From Candidatus Micrarchaeota archaeon (GTDB lineage Archaea; Micrarchaeota; Micrarchaeia; Anstonellales; Bilamarchaeaceae), in NCBI GenBank assembly GCA_043812915.1, contig JBDRLQ010000016.1:36318-100317 (forward strand): DNA of 64,000 nucleotides, written 5' to 3'. Position numbers and translations under genes: made by a program. The stretch's first letter is position 1; each line of letters opens with the position of its first letter. The notes beneath the pieces were generated by a model. The model was given only the letters and a program-made list of their open reading frames with translations, had not been told where the DNA came from and did not search any database. Positions 51,264 to 60,610 of this stretch are shown one piece after another.

Positions 51264-53717
51264 ATGGATATCTTCCGTCCTTTTATTGTCCTGGCAATGG
51301 CTTTGGCTCTGGCTGCTGGGTGCCTTTCGGTATTCGGCTGCTCCTCTGATTATGCCCCTGTATGCGGGGCTGATGGGAACACATATGATAACTCATGCCT
51401 CGCCGGGCAGGCTGGCGTTGCCATCGCCCATAATGGCGAATGCGTGGCCGCTCCCGCCTGCACCGAGACGGACCTTGGGAGGGATGTCCTTAAACAGGGG
51501 ACAACTGCCCTTGAGAGCGGAACCGCGTTTGAGGACAATTGCATTAACCAAACTACAGTCATGGAATTCTACTGCGAGGATGGGAATGCGCAATATGAGT
51601 ACCTCCTCTGCCCAGCCGGCTACCTATGCACCGGCGGCTCCTGCGTGAAGGTAGCCGGGGCGCCAGGCGCCACTTGCGATGACAGTGAGCTCACGAACAG
51701 CATCTATTCGGCTGGCAAGGTGAGCGTTGTTGACGCTGCAGGCGAGACAATACTCGCGGATGCCTGCGTTAATGATAATATCATCATGGAATACTCCTGC
51801 GATGGCAACAAAGCAGTTTCAAAGAGCTCGGCATGTCCATCAGGGTACACCTGCTTTGAGGGCGCGTGCCAGGCTATGGGCGCATGCTTCGACAGCGACG
51901 GGGGTGGCAGCGGCGGGATGTACGTTTCTGGCACTGTGTTCAGCGAATTCGGAAGCTACAGTGACTACTGCACCTCGGGAACAGTGGTGAACGAATATTC
52001 ATGCGTTTCCGACAGCCGGGTTTCGGATACAATCGCATGCCCGTCAGGATATCTCTGCCGAAGCGGCGCATGCGTCTCAGAGGACGACTGCTATGACAGT
52101 GACGATGGGCTCAACTATTATGCCAAGGGCACAGCCGAAGTGCACGGGATTGACGAAGTAGACTATTGCACCGATTCCGACACTGTCCGCGAATACTACT
52201 GCGGCAGCGGGGATGAGATTCTATCGGCAACATACTCCTGCCCTGGGGGCTATGAGTGCTCAAGCGGCCGCTGCGCTCGTGAAGGCTCTGGCGGAGCATC
52301 ATGCACTGACAGCGACGGCGGTCACATATACGCAGCCATCGGGACAACCTCCACTACGGATGGGGATGTCGGGCGTGATGTCTGCCTGAGTTCCGGGCTC
52401 CTTCGGGAATACTTCTGTGATGGTGATGATCTCGATAGCGAAACCTACAGCTGCCCGCTCGGCCAGGAGTGCAGCGGAGGGCGCTGCGTGGCGGCAGGCG
52501 AGGAAGTGACATGCGATGACTCTGACGGGCTTGACTACTACACGGTCGGATCCGTGTTCGTAACCGGGGATGGTCTTCCGGCCTTTGATTACTGCGAGGA
52601 TGGGGATATCCTTAGGGAATATGTATGTGATGGCTCTGAAAGGGACTATGAGAGCCATGCCTGCGAATCAGGGATGTGCCGCGAGGCCCGGTGTGTAGAG
52701 ATGACCTGCCAGGACACTGACGGCAGGGATTATTCCGTCCAAGGGGCATACGGCCATTATTATGACGGGATGGGCATGCTGGAAGAAGAGAGATGTGCTG
52801 ATGTCTCCACTGTTATGGAATACTACTGCTCAGACGGTGTGCTCACCATGGACCGCCACGACTGCGCTACGGATGAAGTCTGTTCTGACGGCGCCTGCGT
52901 TGAGGCAGACATCTGTGCTGATTCCGATGGCACGAGCACCAATACCAAGGGCACGGTCACCTTTGGTACTGAGAGCAGGACCGATTACTGCACCGAATTC
53001 GGCCAGATTGTGGAGTGGGTGTGCAGGGCCGATCCTGCCGACGGCTTCCAGGCGCTGGTCGCGGTGAACTGCCCGTCCGGCAAGTACTGCGATGATGGCA
53101 GGTGCGTCTCCACCTGGTGCACTGACAGCGACGACGGGAACAACATCGATGTTGCCGGCAGCGTTGCGGATTATCTGGGGCACAGCGATTCCGACGAGTG
53201 CTATGGCGCTGACGGCGCCAGGGTGCTGGAATACTTCTGCGATGCGGATAAAGAACTGGACTTCGAGTATGTTCACTGCCCCTCCGGCTCATCCTGCGTG
53301 GGTGGTCGGTGCCTTGACTATGTGTGCACCGACACCGACGGCGGCGTTGATCCTCTCGAGGGAGGCTCAGCCAGCTCCACTGATGGCAGCAGCGGAGTCG
53401 ATGACTGCTGGGCAGGCGGAATCTACGAGGCATACTGCGCAGCTGACAACAGCGTTGAAAAGGAATGGATTGCGTGCTCTGCCAATTACGAATGCAGGTA
53501 TAGTGCCGGCGGCTCCGCCTGCGTCCCGACCTGTTATGAGGACGCGGAGGGGGATGTGCACTTCGGCAGCGAGTTCCATCCTGACACATGTTCGGGGGAT
53601 CATCCGATAGATTACTACTGCGTGGACGACTATTCGTACGACTACCACTTCATGTCCTGCACGTTCCTCAACATGTGCGTGGGAGGGGAGTGCGTTCCGA
53701 GGCCTCCGGCGCCATAG
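51264..53717 (+). CDS. secreted lipoprotein-like protein: N-terminal Kazal-type domain followed by 11 tandem six-cysteine repeats of about 65-70 aa
   Basis: Signal peptide plus AAGC. Kazal signature CSSDYAPVCGADGNTYDNSCLAGQAGVAIAHNGEC. Repeats follow the pattern C-x-D-S-D-G-G...D-Y-C...L-x-E-Y-x-C...C-P-x-G-Y-x-C-x-x-G-x-C. Confidence 0.75.
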   Translation: MDIFRPFIVLAMALALAAGCLSVFGCSSDYAPVCGADGNTYDNSCLAGQAGVAIAHNGECVAAPACTETDLGRDVLKQGTTALESGTAFEDNCINQTTVMEFYCEDGNAQYEYLLCPAGYLCTGGSCVKVAGAPGATCDDSELTNSIYSAGKVSVVDAAGETILADACVNDNIIMEYSCDGNKAVSKSSACPSGYTCFEGACQAMGACFDSDGGGSGGMYVSGTVFSEFGSYSDYCTSGTVVNEYSCVSDSRVSDTIACPSGYLCRSGACVSEDDCYDSDDGLNYYAKGTAEVHGIDEVDYCTDSDTVREYYCGSGDEILSATYSCPGGYECSSGRCAREGSGGASCTDSDGGHIYAAIGTTSTTDGDVGRDVCLSSGLLREYFCDGDDLDSETYSCPLGQECSGGRCVAAGEEVTCDDSDGLDYYTVGSVFVTGDGLPAFDYCEDGDILREYVCDGSERDYESHACESGMCREARCVEMTCQDTDGRDYSVQGAYGHYYDGMGMLEEERCADVSTVMEYYCSDGVLTMDRHDCATDEVCSDGACVEADICADSDGTSTNTKGTVTFGTESRTDYCTEFGQIVEWVCRADPADGFQALVAVNCPSGKYCDDGRCVSTWCTDSDDGNNIDVAGSVADYLGHSDSDECYGADGARVLEYFCDADKELDFEYVHCPSGSSCVGGRCLDYVCTDTDGGVDPLEGGSASSTDGSSGVDDCWAGGIYEAYCAADNSVEKEWIACSANYECRYSAGGSACVPTCYEDAEGDVHFGSEFHPDTCSGDHPIDYYCVDDYSYDYHFMSCTFLNMCVGGECVPRPPAP

Positions 53718-53750
53718 TCCCCTTTTTTCTTTCCTTTCCTTTGCTTTTAA
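53718..53750 (+). terminator. T-rich tract (CCCCTTTTTTCTTTCCTTTCCTTTGCTTTT) immediately after the stop; archaeal-style terminator candidate
   Basis: Read directly from the sequence. Confidence 0.4.
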
Positions 53751-53796
53751 CTCAAGGCACAATCTTTTTATTCATTAAGCGAAAGCTAGTCTCACA

Positions 53797-55428
53797 ATGG
53801 TGAAACTGATGAAATCCCTTTATGCCATATTCGCACTGATGCTGATTTTTTCCTCCGGCTGCCTGCAGCCGGATTGCCCCTCTGACTATGAGCCTGTCTG
53901 CGGGGATGATGGGAAGATTTACCCCAATTACTGCTTTGCCGGGCGCTCCGGGGCGAACGTCTCGTATGAGGGCGTCTGCATAGAGCGCAGGGATGGCTGC
54001 AATGAGACCGACCTTGGCAGGGATGTCCTTGTCGGGGGGATTGCGACTTCTGATGCCGGAAGCTTCACGGACAGCTGCGAGGACCCGGTGACCGTTCTTG
54101 AATACTACTGCAAGGATGGCGCAATCGACATGGATTTCGTGCAGTGCCCCGCGGGCCATGTCTGCGAGAATGGCGCCTGCGTCCAGGCGGAGCTTGAGCC
54201 GGCATGCGATGACAGCGACAAGGGCACCGATTATTTTGCCTTCGGAGTCGTCACCTATGATGGAAAGAGCTATCCGGATGCATGCAAAAACGGGGTGCTA
54301 ACAGAATACAAATGCTCGGATGGCCAAGTGGGCAGCGTGGCATACACATGCGGCGAGGGCTGCGCTGAGGGGCGCTGCACAAACCAGAAGTGCACAGATA
54401 CCGAGTACGGGCAGACAATCTATTCCAGCGGAACTGTGAACCTCATTAATGACAGCGGATGGTTCACCTTCCCTGACAAGTGCGTGAGCGAGGATATGGT
54501 GACAGAATATACATGTGATGGCGATGAGATGCGCGCCGCGAACATATCCTGCCCGGACGCGTATGCCTGCTATGGTGGGGTGTGCTATCCTGACAAGGCC
54601 TGCCACGACACTGACTCGGACCACCCGGACGGAAGGTACCAGCAGGGGACTGTTTATTATGACGGCAAGGACTACAAGGACTACTGCATGGACGAGACCT
54701 TGGTTGTGGAATATTCATGCTCAGCTTCGCAGAAAGTGCACGAGGCATATCTCTCATGCCCTGGCGGATATGAATGCTCCAAGGGGGCGTGCGTCGAGCT
54801 GGCGGAATGCGAGGATACTGATGGTGGCAGGGACTACTATGAGCGCGGGACCACTTCGGAGTCAGGAGGTTTCGAGGCGACCGATCAGTGCATGGGGGAT
54901 TCCCGGCTGCTTGAATACTTCTGCGATTCCGGCGAGCTAGTGGATTCCGTCCGCTTTGACTGCCCCTCAGGATACGTGTGCACCTCGGGCGCATGCGTGG
55001 AAGCCTCCCCATGCGAGGACAGTGATGGGGGAACGGATTACTACGAGCAGGGGACCACTGAGATGGAAGGCATCAGTGTGGAGAGCGACTACTGCATCGA
55101 CAATACGGTCGTGGAATTCTTCTGCGACGGCTCAAGGAGCATGGATCAGGTGGAGTTCGCCTGCCCCTACGGGTATGCATGTTCCGAAGGTGCGTGCGTG
55201 AGCTACTGCTCGGATACCGATGGCGGGAATGCTCCCGAGGACTTCGGCGAGGTTTTCTACGGCAGCCACGCGTTCGCGGACTACTGCGTTGAGCGGGAGG
55301 CGCCGTTGCTGGACAAATTGGTGGAGTACTACTGCAGCGTGGACGGCCTGAGCTATGAGACATTCGAGTATTCATGCTCCGGCGGATGCGGCGGAGGGGA
55401 ATGCGCCCCGCTCCTGGTGCCCGAGTAG
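53797..55428 (+). CDS. paralogous secreted protein: N-terminal Kazal-type domain plus 7 tandem six-cysteine repeats
   Basis: Kazal signature CPSDYEPVCGDDGKIYPNYCFAGRSGANVSYEGVC. Its first repeat begins C-N-ETDLGRDVL, matching ETDLGRDVL in the upstream paralog. Confidence 0.75.
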   Translation: MVKLMKSLYAIFALMLIFSSGCLQPDCPSDYEPVCGDDGKIYPNYCFAGRSGANVSYEGVCIERRDGCNETDLGRDVLVGGIATSDAGSFTDSCEDPVTVLEYYCKDGAIDMDFVQCPAGHVCENGACVQAELEPACDDSDKGTDYFAFGVVTYDGKSYPDACKNGVLTEYKCSDGQVGSVAYTCGEGCAEGRCTNQKCTDTEYGQTIYSSGTVNLINDSGWFTFPDKCVSEDMVTEYTCDGDEMRAANISCPDAYACYGGVCYPDKACHDTDSDHPDGRYQQGTVYYDGKDYKDYCMDETLVVEYSCSASQKVHEAYLSCPGGYECSKGACVELAECEDTDGGRDYYERGTTSESGGFEATDQCMGDSRLLEYFCDSGELVDSVRFDCPSGYVCTSGACVEASPCEDSDGGTDYYEQGTTEMEGISVESDYCIDNTVVEFFCDGSRSMDQVEFACPYGYACSEGACVSYCSDTDGGNAPEDFGEVFYGSHAFADYCVEREAPLLDKLVEYYCSVDGLSYETFEYSCSGGCGGGECAPLLVPE

Positions 55429-55448
55429 GCCATCAGCTTTTTCCAGGC

Positions 55449-56681
55449 TCAGTATCTGAGGGCTTCCACAGGGTCCATCTTTGAAGCTTCCCTCGCAGGT
55501 ATTATGCCCGCGAGGATGCCTGTTCCAGCGGAGAAAAGGAAAGCGAACCCGAATATGGCAGGGCTAAGGACATAGGGAATCCCGAAGCTCTCAACGACAA
55601 GGAGTATCCCAACCCCCATCAATATCCCGATAATCCCGCCAATCAGGCCCAGCATCCCGCTCTCCATTATGAAAATAAGCATTATATCATTCCGTGTCGC
55701 GCCCATCGCCTTCATCACGCCGATTTCGCGGACCCTCTCAAGAACCCCCATGAACATGGTATTGGATATCCCTATCGCGCCGACAAGGGAAGCTATTATC
55801 GTTATCGCGGCAAGGAAAGAGCCAAGCAGGCCCAGTATGCCGCCAACAGTCTCATTGATGAAGTCCGCGGTTATGACTGTGAAGTCCAGGTTATCCAAAG
55901 TCACCTTGTGGAATGAGGCAATCTTCCGCTCTATTGAGTCCTTGATGTCGTTCTGGTCGAAGCCCTCCTCAATCTGCACGAATATGTAGTTGATTTCGTT
56001 CTTTGTGAGCTGGTTCGCGAACAGCTCCTCCGCGTCCTTGAAAGGGACGTAGATTGCCGAGTCGTCCTGGGCCGAGAGTGAGGTCCCGATCTTCTTGAGA
56101 ACCCCAACAACGCGGTAATTCTCGCCATTGATTACAAGGGTGTTCCCAACTCCGACGCGGTCATTGCCCCAGAGCTCGTTGGCGGCGTCATTGGCAAGTA
56201 CCACTACATTCCTGTCACTGTCCTGGTAAAGCCTTCCACTCTCAATCTCCATGTAGTCATCATACTGATCGAATCCTTTGGCGTCCATGCCGAATATTGG
56301 CGCGGTAATGCTCCTGTCCCTGAATTCCATGCTCGCCCGGCCGAATATCACTCTGGCGACCGATTTAACTCCTGGAATCCCCTCTATCGCCTCGGCATCC
56401 CTCTGAAACAGTTTGCCTGACGATGCCTGCACCGGGCCGCCGCCAAGGGCTTCAAGCCCTCCTTCATCAACATTGACCGGCAGTATGAACATGTTCTCTG
56501 AGCCGAATGCTGACATCTGGTCGTTTATGTCCTTCTGCACGCCCTCGCTGACCGAGAGAATCACCACTAACGCGACTACCCCAATCACAATTCCTATTAT
56601 CGTGAGCACGGAGCGCAGGCTGGCAGTGCGCAGGCTTTTCAGGGCATATTTAGACGATTCTATCAGGTTCAGCCATACCAC
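55449..56681 (-). CDS. ABC transporter permease, FtsX/MacB-like (4 TM plus large extracytoplasmic domain)
   Basis: TM1, a large loop, then a C-terminal 3-TM FtsX-like bundle. Adjacent to a second copy and to an ABC ATPase. Confidence 0.75.
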   Translation of the reverse strand: MVWLNLIESSKYALKSLRTASLRSVLTIIGIVIGVVALVVILSVSEGVQKDINDQMSAFGSENMFILPVNVDEGGLEALGGGPVQASSGKLFQRDAEAIEGIPGVKSVARVIFGRASMEFRDRSITAPIFGMDAKGFDQYDDYMEIESGRLYQDSDRNVVVLANDAANELWGNDRVGVGNTLVINGENYRVVGVLKKIGTSLSAQDDSAIYVPFKDAEELFANQLTKNEINYIFVQIEEGFDQNDIKDSIERKIASFHKVTLDNLDFTVITADFINETVGGILGLLGSFLAAITIIASLVGAIGISNTMFMGVLERVREIGVMKAMGATRNDIMLIFIMESGMLGLIGGIIGILMGVGILLVVESFGIPYVLSPAIFGFAFLFSAGTGILAGIIPAREASKMDPVEALRY

Positions 56682-57896
56682 CTACTCATATCTCAATGCT
56701 TCCACCGGGTCAAGGGCAGCGGCCCTTTTCGCCGGAACAGTCCCGGAAACAATCCCAACAACAGCGGAGAACAGCACCGCTCCGGCGGCGACAACCGGTG
56801 AAATCGCGACAGTCACTCCGAACGCTCCAATCAGGAGGGCTACAAGGAAAGCCAGCAGAAGGCCAAGAGCCCCTCCGGCCGCGCCAATCATGCTGCTCTC
56901 AACAAGGAAAATCATCATTATGTCTTTCTCCCTCGAACCGAGCGCTTTTAGCACTCCAATCTCCCTCCGCCTTTCCATAACGCTCATGAACATCGTGTTA
57001 GCAACGCCTACGCCGCCAACAAGCAATGCTATGCTGGCAATCGCCCCCAAAAATAGCGAGAGCACTTCAGTGACGCTGTTAATCTGCTCATTTATGAATC
57101 CTGATGTGATTACCCCGAAATCCTTCTCATCCTCGTTCACGCGGTGGGATGCCATCATTATGTCCTCGATCTCATCAGCGACTTCCTCGACATCAGAGCC
57201 TTCCTTCACGCTAATCCTTATCGCGCTGATTTCATTGGCGACCAGCAGGTTGTCGAACATGTCCTCGGCCTCAGTAAACGGAATGAATGTGATTGAATCA
57301 ACATTGAAGCCGGAATTGCCTGTCCTCTTGAGGATTCCAACGACAGTGTACTGCTCCCCTCCTATTTCCATCTTGGAGCCAACGCGGATTTCCTCATCAA
57401 AGCTGTCCTTTGCAAGGTCATTGCCAAGGACAGCCCCCATGCGCTCGTTGTCTAAGAGGAACCTTCCGCTCTCAATCTCAAGAGTGCCGACCGTCTGCCT
57501 GAATATGTCCGGCTCTATCCCGTACACGCTGCTGCTTATCTGCTGGCTCTTGTACTCAAGATAAGTAGTTCCGCTGATTACCGGCGTTATGAATTCTATC
57601 TCAGGAACACGCCTCACGCGCTCATAGTCCTTCTGGTATAGCTTTCCGCTTGAGGGCATGTATGAGGAAGCGCCGAACGAGCCGCCCCCAGCAACGTTTA
57701 TCGGAACGACTATGATTGTCCTCGGGCCGAATCCCTCAAGCTGCTCCGTAATCCCGTCTTTTAGCCCCTGCACCAGCCCGACCAGCACTATGATTGCCGT
57801 TATGCCTACGACGATGCCCATCACGGTGAGCCAGGAACGGAGGCTCCTGCGGCGCAGAGCGTTCACGCCGTAGGAAACCATCTCAAGCAGGTTCAT
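56682..57896 (-). CDS. ABC transporter permease, FtsX/MacB-like (second copy)
   Basis: Same architecture as the previous permease. Start set at MNLLEMVSYG so that it abuts the upstream gene stop. Confidence 0.75.
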   Translation of the reverse strand: MNLLEMVSYGVNALRRRSLRSWLTVMGIVVGITAIIVLVGLVQGLKDGITEQLEGFGPRTIIVVPINVAGGGSFGASSYMPSSGKLYQKDYERVRRVPEIEFITPVISGTTYLEYKSQQISSSVYGIEPDIFRQTVGTLEIESGRFLLDNERMGAVLGNDLAKDSFDEEIRVGSKMEIGGEQYTVVGILKRTGNSGFNVDSITFIPFTEAEDMFDNLLVANEISAIRISVKEGSDVEEVADEIEDIMMASHRVNEDEKDFGVITSGFINEQINSVTEVLSLFLGAIASIALLVGGVGVANTMFMSVMERRREIGVLKALGSREKDIMMIFLVESSMIGAAGGALGLLLAFLVALLIGAFGVTVAISPVVAAGAVLFSAVVGIVSGTVPAKRAAALDPVEALRYE

Positions 57897-57897
57897 G

Positions 57898-59361
57898 TTA
57901 CCTTTTCTCGGGTTTCTTCCTGAATTTGAACCACCAGACGCCCGCACCAATCGCCAGGACTAGCGGTATAGCGATGCATAGGTCTGATGGGCCCTCCACG
58001 TTCGGGCCGTATACCTCGATACTCTGCTCAACGCTGGTGCTCTTCCATTCGCCCGACTTGTCCCTGTAGGTTATGGTGATGTCCAACGGGTAGCTTCCCG
58101 GTGTCAATGCAGTCACCTTCACCTTGAACTGCACAGTTGAGAAATCATCGTTCTCCAGGCTGCCTATGTACCTCTTCGTGGAGATATCCAGCATCTGGAG
58201 GGAGTCCGATTCCATGCCCACTTCCACATTATCTATCCCATACGATCCAAGATTGGAGACAAGCACTGATATCGTGTGCTCCCCGCCGGCTGTTAGCGGA
58301 GCAGGCTTTGCCTCGAGGTAAACTCCGACCTCAACATCCGATGAGATTGTCATCGGGATGTTGACCGACTCGGTCTTGTCAACGTTCTCCTCTACCCAGG
58401 TCACTGTCGCAGGAACCAGGTTAAGGCCAGGCGTATAATCCGCGAATACCACTGCGGAAACGGTAGCGCTTGAGCCAGGGGCGATGTTCCCGACCTCAAG
58501 CTCGTTCTTGAATTTCAGGCGCAGGTTGGTCTCGTCAAAGCTAATCCTGACATCATTGAGCGTTTCTGTGCCGTCGTTAACGACTTCAAGGGTGAGCGTC
58601 CCCTCCTGCCTGGTTATCAGGCTGCCCTTCTGCAGGAATGTGACATCCAGGCGCTCTTTCTTGATTGTAATCCTGACATACTCGGTAGTCGAGTGCTCAA
58701 GCCCGAGCTCATCCTCGTATGTTATGCTGACCGGAAGGTCCGTCGGCCCGTCCACCGCGTTCCTTGAGTCCAGGGTGAGTAATACCTCCTCGCTGCCCGT
58801 TATCTGGCTTATGAATATTTCATTGGTTCCGAAAAGCGCGACCTCCGAGCCCTCGCCAATCTTCAGCTTCACATTCCTGGCTATTCCGCCCTTATTGTCT
58901 ACTGTGAGGCCGACCGTGTCGATTCCGCCGATTAGATGCGTGTCTGTTGTTAGCGTGAATTCAGGCGCGTCCACAACCGTCACCGGTATTGCGACCGAGT
59001 TCGTTATGTACTCCCTCCTATCGGTCCTCTCTTCATATCCGGAGAATCTTATCTCCACAAGATAAATCCCTGATTTGGCACCAGAGCTCACCCTGAAGGG
59101 AAGGGACACGGAAGTAGTTGCTCCAGCGCCCAGATCCACAATCGTGCTCGGGCCGCTGACGGAAACCTCCGGCGGGCTGTATATGGTCATACCGATTGTG
59201 GAAATCTGGTATGTGGTCGGGTTGGATAAGGTCATTGTGATAATACCGCTCCCTCCAGACCTGAACGATTCCTGGGACACATCCCAATCAGGGACGGCAA
59301 TCCCTGCAAACACTCCCCCAATCAACACTCCAAATATCAATAACAGCTTCAGCAGTCTCAT
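57898..59361 (-). CDS. secreted repeat-domain surface protein with C-terminal TM anchor (COG1361/CARDB-like, S-layer-domain type)
   Basis: Signal peptide. All-beta repeat-like sequence. C-terminal hydrophobic anchor plus basic tail (FKFRKKPEKR). Embedded between the ABC ATPase and the permeases. Confidence 0.55.
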   Translation of the reverse strand: MRLLKLLLIFGVLIGGVFAGIAVPDWDVSQESFRSGGSGIITMTLSNPTTYQISTIGMTIYSPPEVSVSGPSTIVDLGAGATTSVSLPFRVSSGAKSGIYLVEIRFSGYEERTDRREYITNSVAIPVTVVDAPEFTLTTDTHLIGGIDTVGLTVDNKGGIARNVKLKIGEGSEVALFGTNEIFISQITGSEEVLLTLDSRNAVDGPTDLPVSITYEDELGLEHSTTEYVRITIKKERLDVTFLQKGSLITRQEGTLTLEVVNDGTETLNDVRISFDETNLRLKFKNELEVGNIAPGSSATVSAVVFADYTPGLNLVPATVTWVEENVDKTESVNIPMTISSDVEVGVYLEAKPAPLTAGGEHTISVLVSNLGSYGIDNVEVGMESDSLQMLDISTKRYIGSLENDDFSTVQFKVKVTALTPGSYPLDITITYRDKSGEWKSTSVEQSIEVYGPNVEGPSDLCIAIPLVLAIGAGVWWFKFRKKPEKR

Positions 59362-60092
59362 TTTCGCACCTTCAGATTAGCTTTTTTCTTTTCAGCAGTA
59401 TGGTTCCAGTCATAAATGGTGCCGTCTTTAAGGCGCACCACCCTCTCAGCGATTCTCGTGATGCTCTCATCATGCGTGATAATCGCAATCGTCCTCCCCT
59501 TCTCATGGAGCATTGTTAGTATTTTAAGCACCTCAGCGCCTGTCTTCGAGTCCAGGTTGCCGGTTGGCTCATCGGCAAGGATGATTTCCGGGTCATTCAC
59601 AAGAGCCCGTGCAATTGCGACCCTCTGGCGCTCACCGCCCGAAAGCTGGTTTGGGTAATGGTCAAGCCTATGCCCAAGCCCAAGCTCCTTTAATATCTGC
59701 TTGACCCGCTCCTTCTTGTCACTGCATCTGGTATTGCAGATTAGGAGGGGCAGCATTACATTGTCTGTCACGGTCAGCGAATTAATCAGGTTGAATGTCT
59801 GGAATACGAACCCTATCTTCTCCCCCCTCACCCTTGCCTGCTCATTCTCATTCATGGTGCTTGTGTCCACACCGTCAATGAATCTCTTTCCGCTGCTGGG
59901 GCTGTCAAGCATTCCGATTATGTGGAGCAGCGTTGATTTCCCTGAGCCGCTAGGGCCCAGGATGCACATGAGTTCGTCCTCGAAGATTTCAAGATTGGCG
60001 TTCCTAAGGGCATGCACTTCCACGCCCTCGCCCATGGTGTAGGTCTTGCTGACATTCCGCAGCTCCAGTATCGTGTCGCCCCTTTTTGCCAT
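59358..60092 (-). CDS. ABC transporter ATP-binding protein (MacB/LolD-like)
   Basis: Walker [10 protein letters not shown], signature [15 protein letters not shown], Walker [12 protein letters not shown]. Confidence 0.9.
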   Translation of the reverse strand: MAKRGDTILELRNVSKTYTMGEGVEVHALRNANLEIFEDELMCILGPSGSGKSTLLHIIGMLDSPSSGKRFIDGVDTSTMNENEQARVRGEKIGFVFQTFNLINSLTVTDNVMLPLLICNTRCSDKKERVKQILKELGLGHRLDHYPNQLSGGERQRVAIARALVNDPEIILADEPTGNLDSKTGAEVLKILTMLHEKGRTIAIITHDESITRIAERVVRLKDGTIYDWNHTAEKKKANLKVRK

Positions 60093-60102
60093 TCAAATCA
60101 CC

Positions 60103-60420
60103 TCAAGAAGACATTTCCTGCAGGAATTCTTTTCTTAGCGGGCATTCGCCAACATGCTTTTTTGCATGCGCAATTGCGTTCCTGCCCATCGGAGTTATCT
60201 TATACAACTTCTTCGCCCTCTTCCCGTGCATCTCTGTCTTCTGCGTGATGAATCCCTTCTCGTTAAGCTCTGCGAGCACCGGATATATCCTGTTTGCGGT
60301 GCATGGAAAGCCACCGTCCTTCTGGATTTTCTTGATTAGCTCGTACCCGTGCACCTCTTCCTTTGAAATCAGCCAGAGCAGGAATGTCCTGAACATGTGC
60401 CTGATGACCCGCTTCTCCAT
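60103..60420 (-). CDS. PadR family transcriptional regulator
   Basis: wHTH with a HGYEL-like recognition segment (EVHGYELIKKI). About 105 aa. Directly upstream of the ABC operon on the same strand. Confidence 0.65.
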   Translation of the reverse strand: MEKRVIRHMFRTFLLWLISKEEVHGYELIKKIQKDGGFPCTANRIYPVLAELNEKGFITQKTEMHGKRAKKLYKITPMGRNAIAHAKKHVGECPLRKEFLQEMSS

Positions 60421-60610
60421 GTCCTTGCCCGGGGGTTTTTTGTGTGGATACATATTGTTTCCGATATGTACCAAAGTTGATATATTTAAACCTATTCAAT
60501 GGAAAAGGGAAAAAATATCCGGCTCTCCCTGAAATTGCCCATCCGCCGCACATAGCATTATAATTAGTTTTCTTCCAATGGCATCATCTCTTGTTTTCAG
60601 GGGTTTTACA

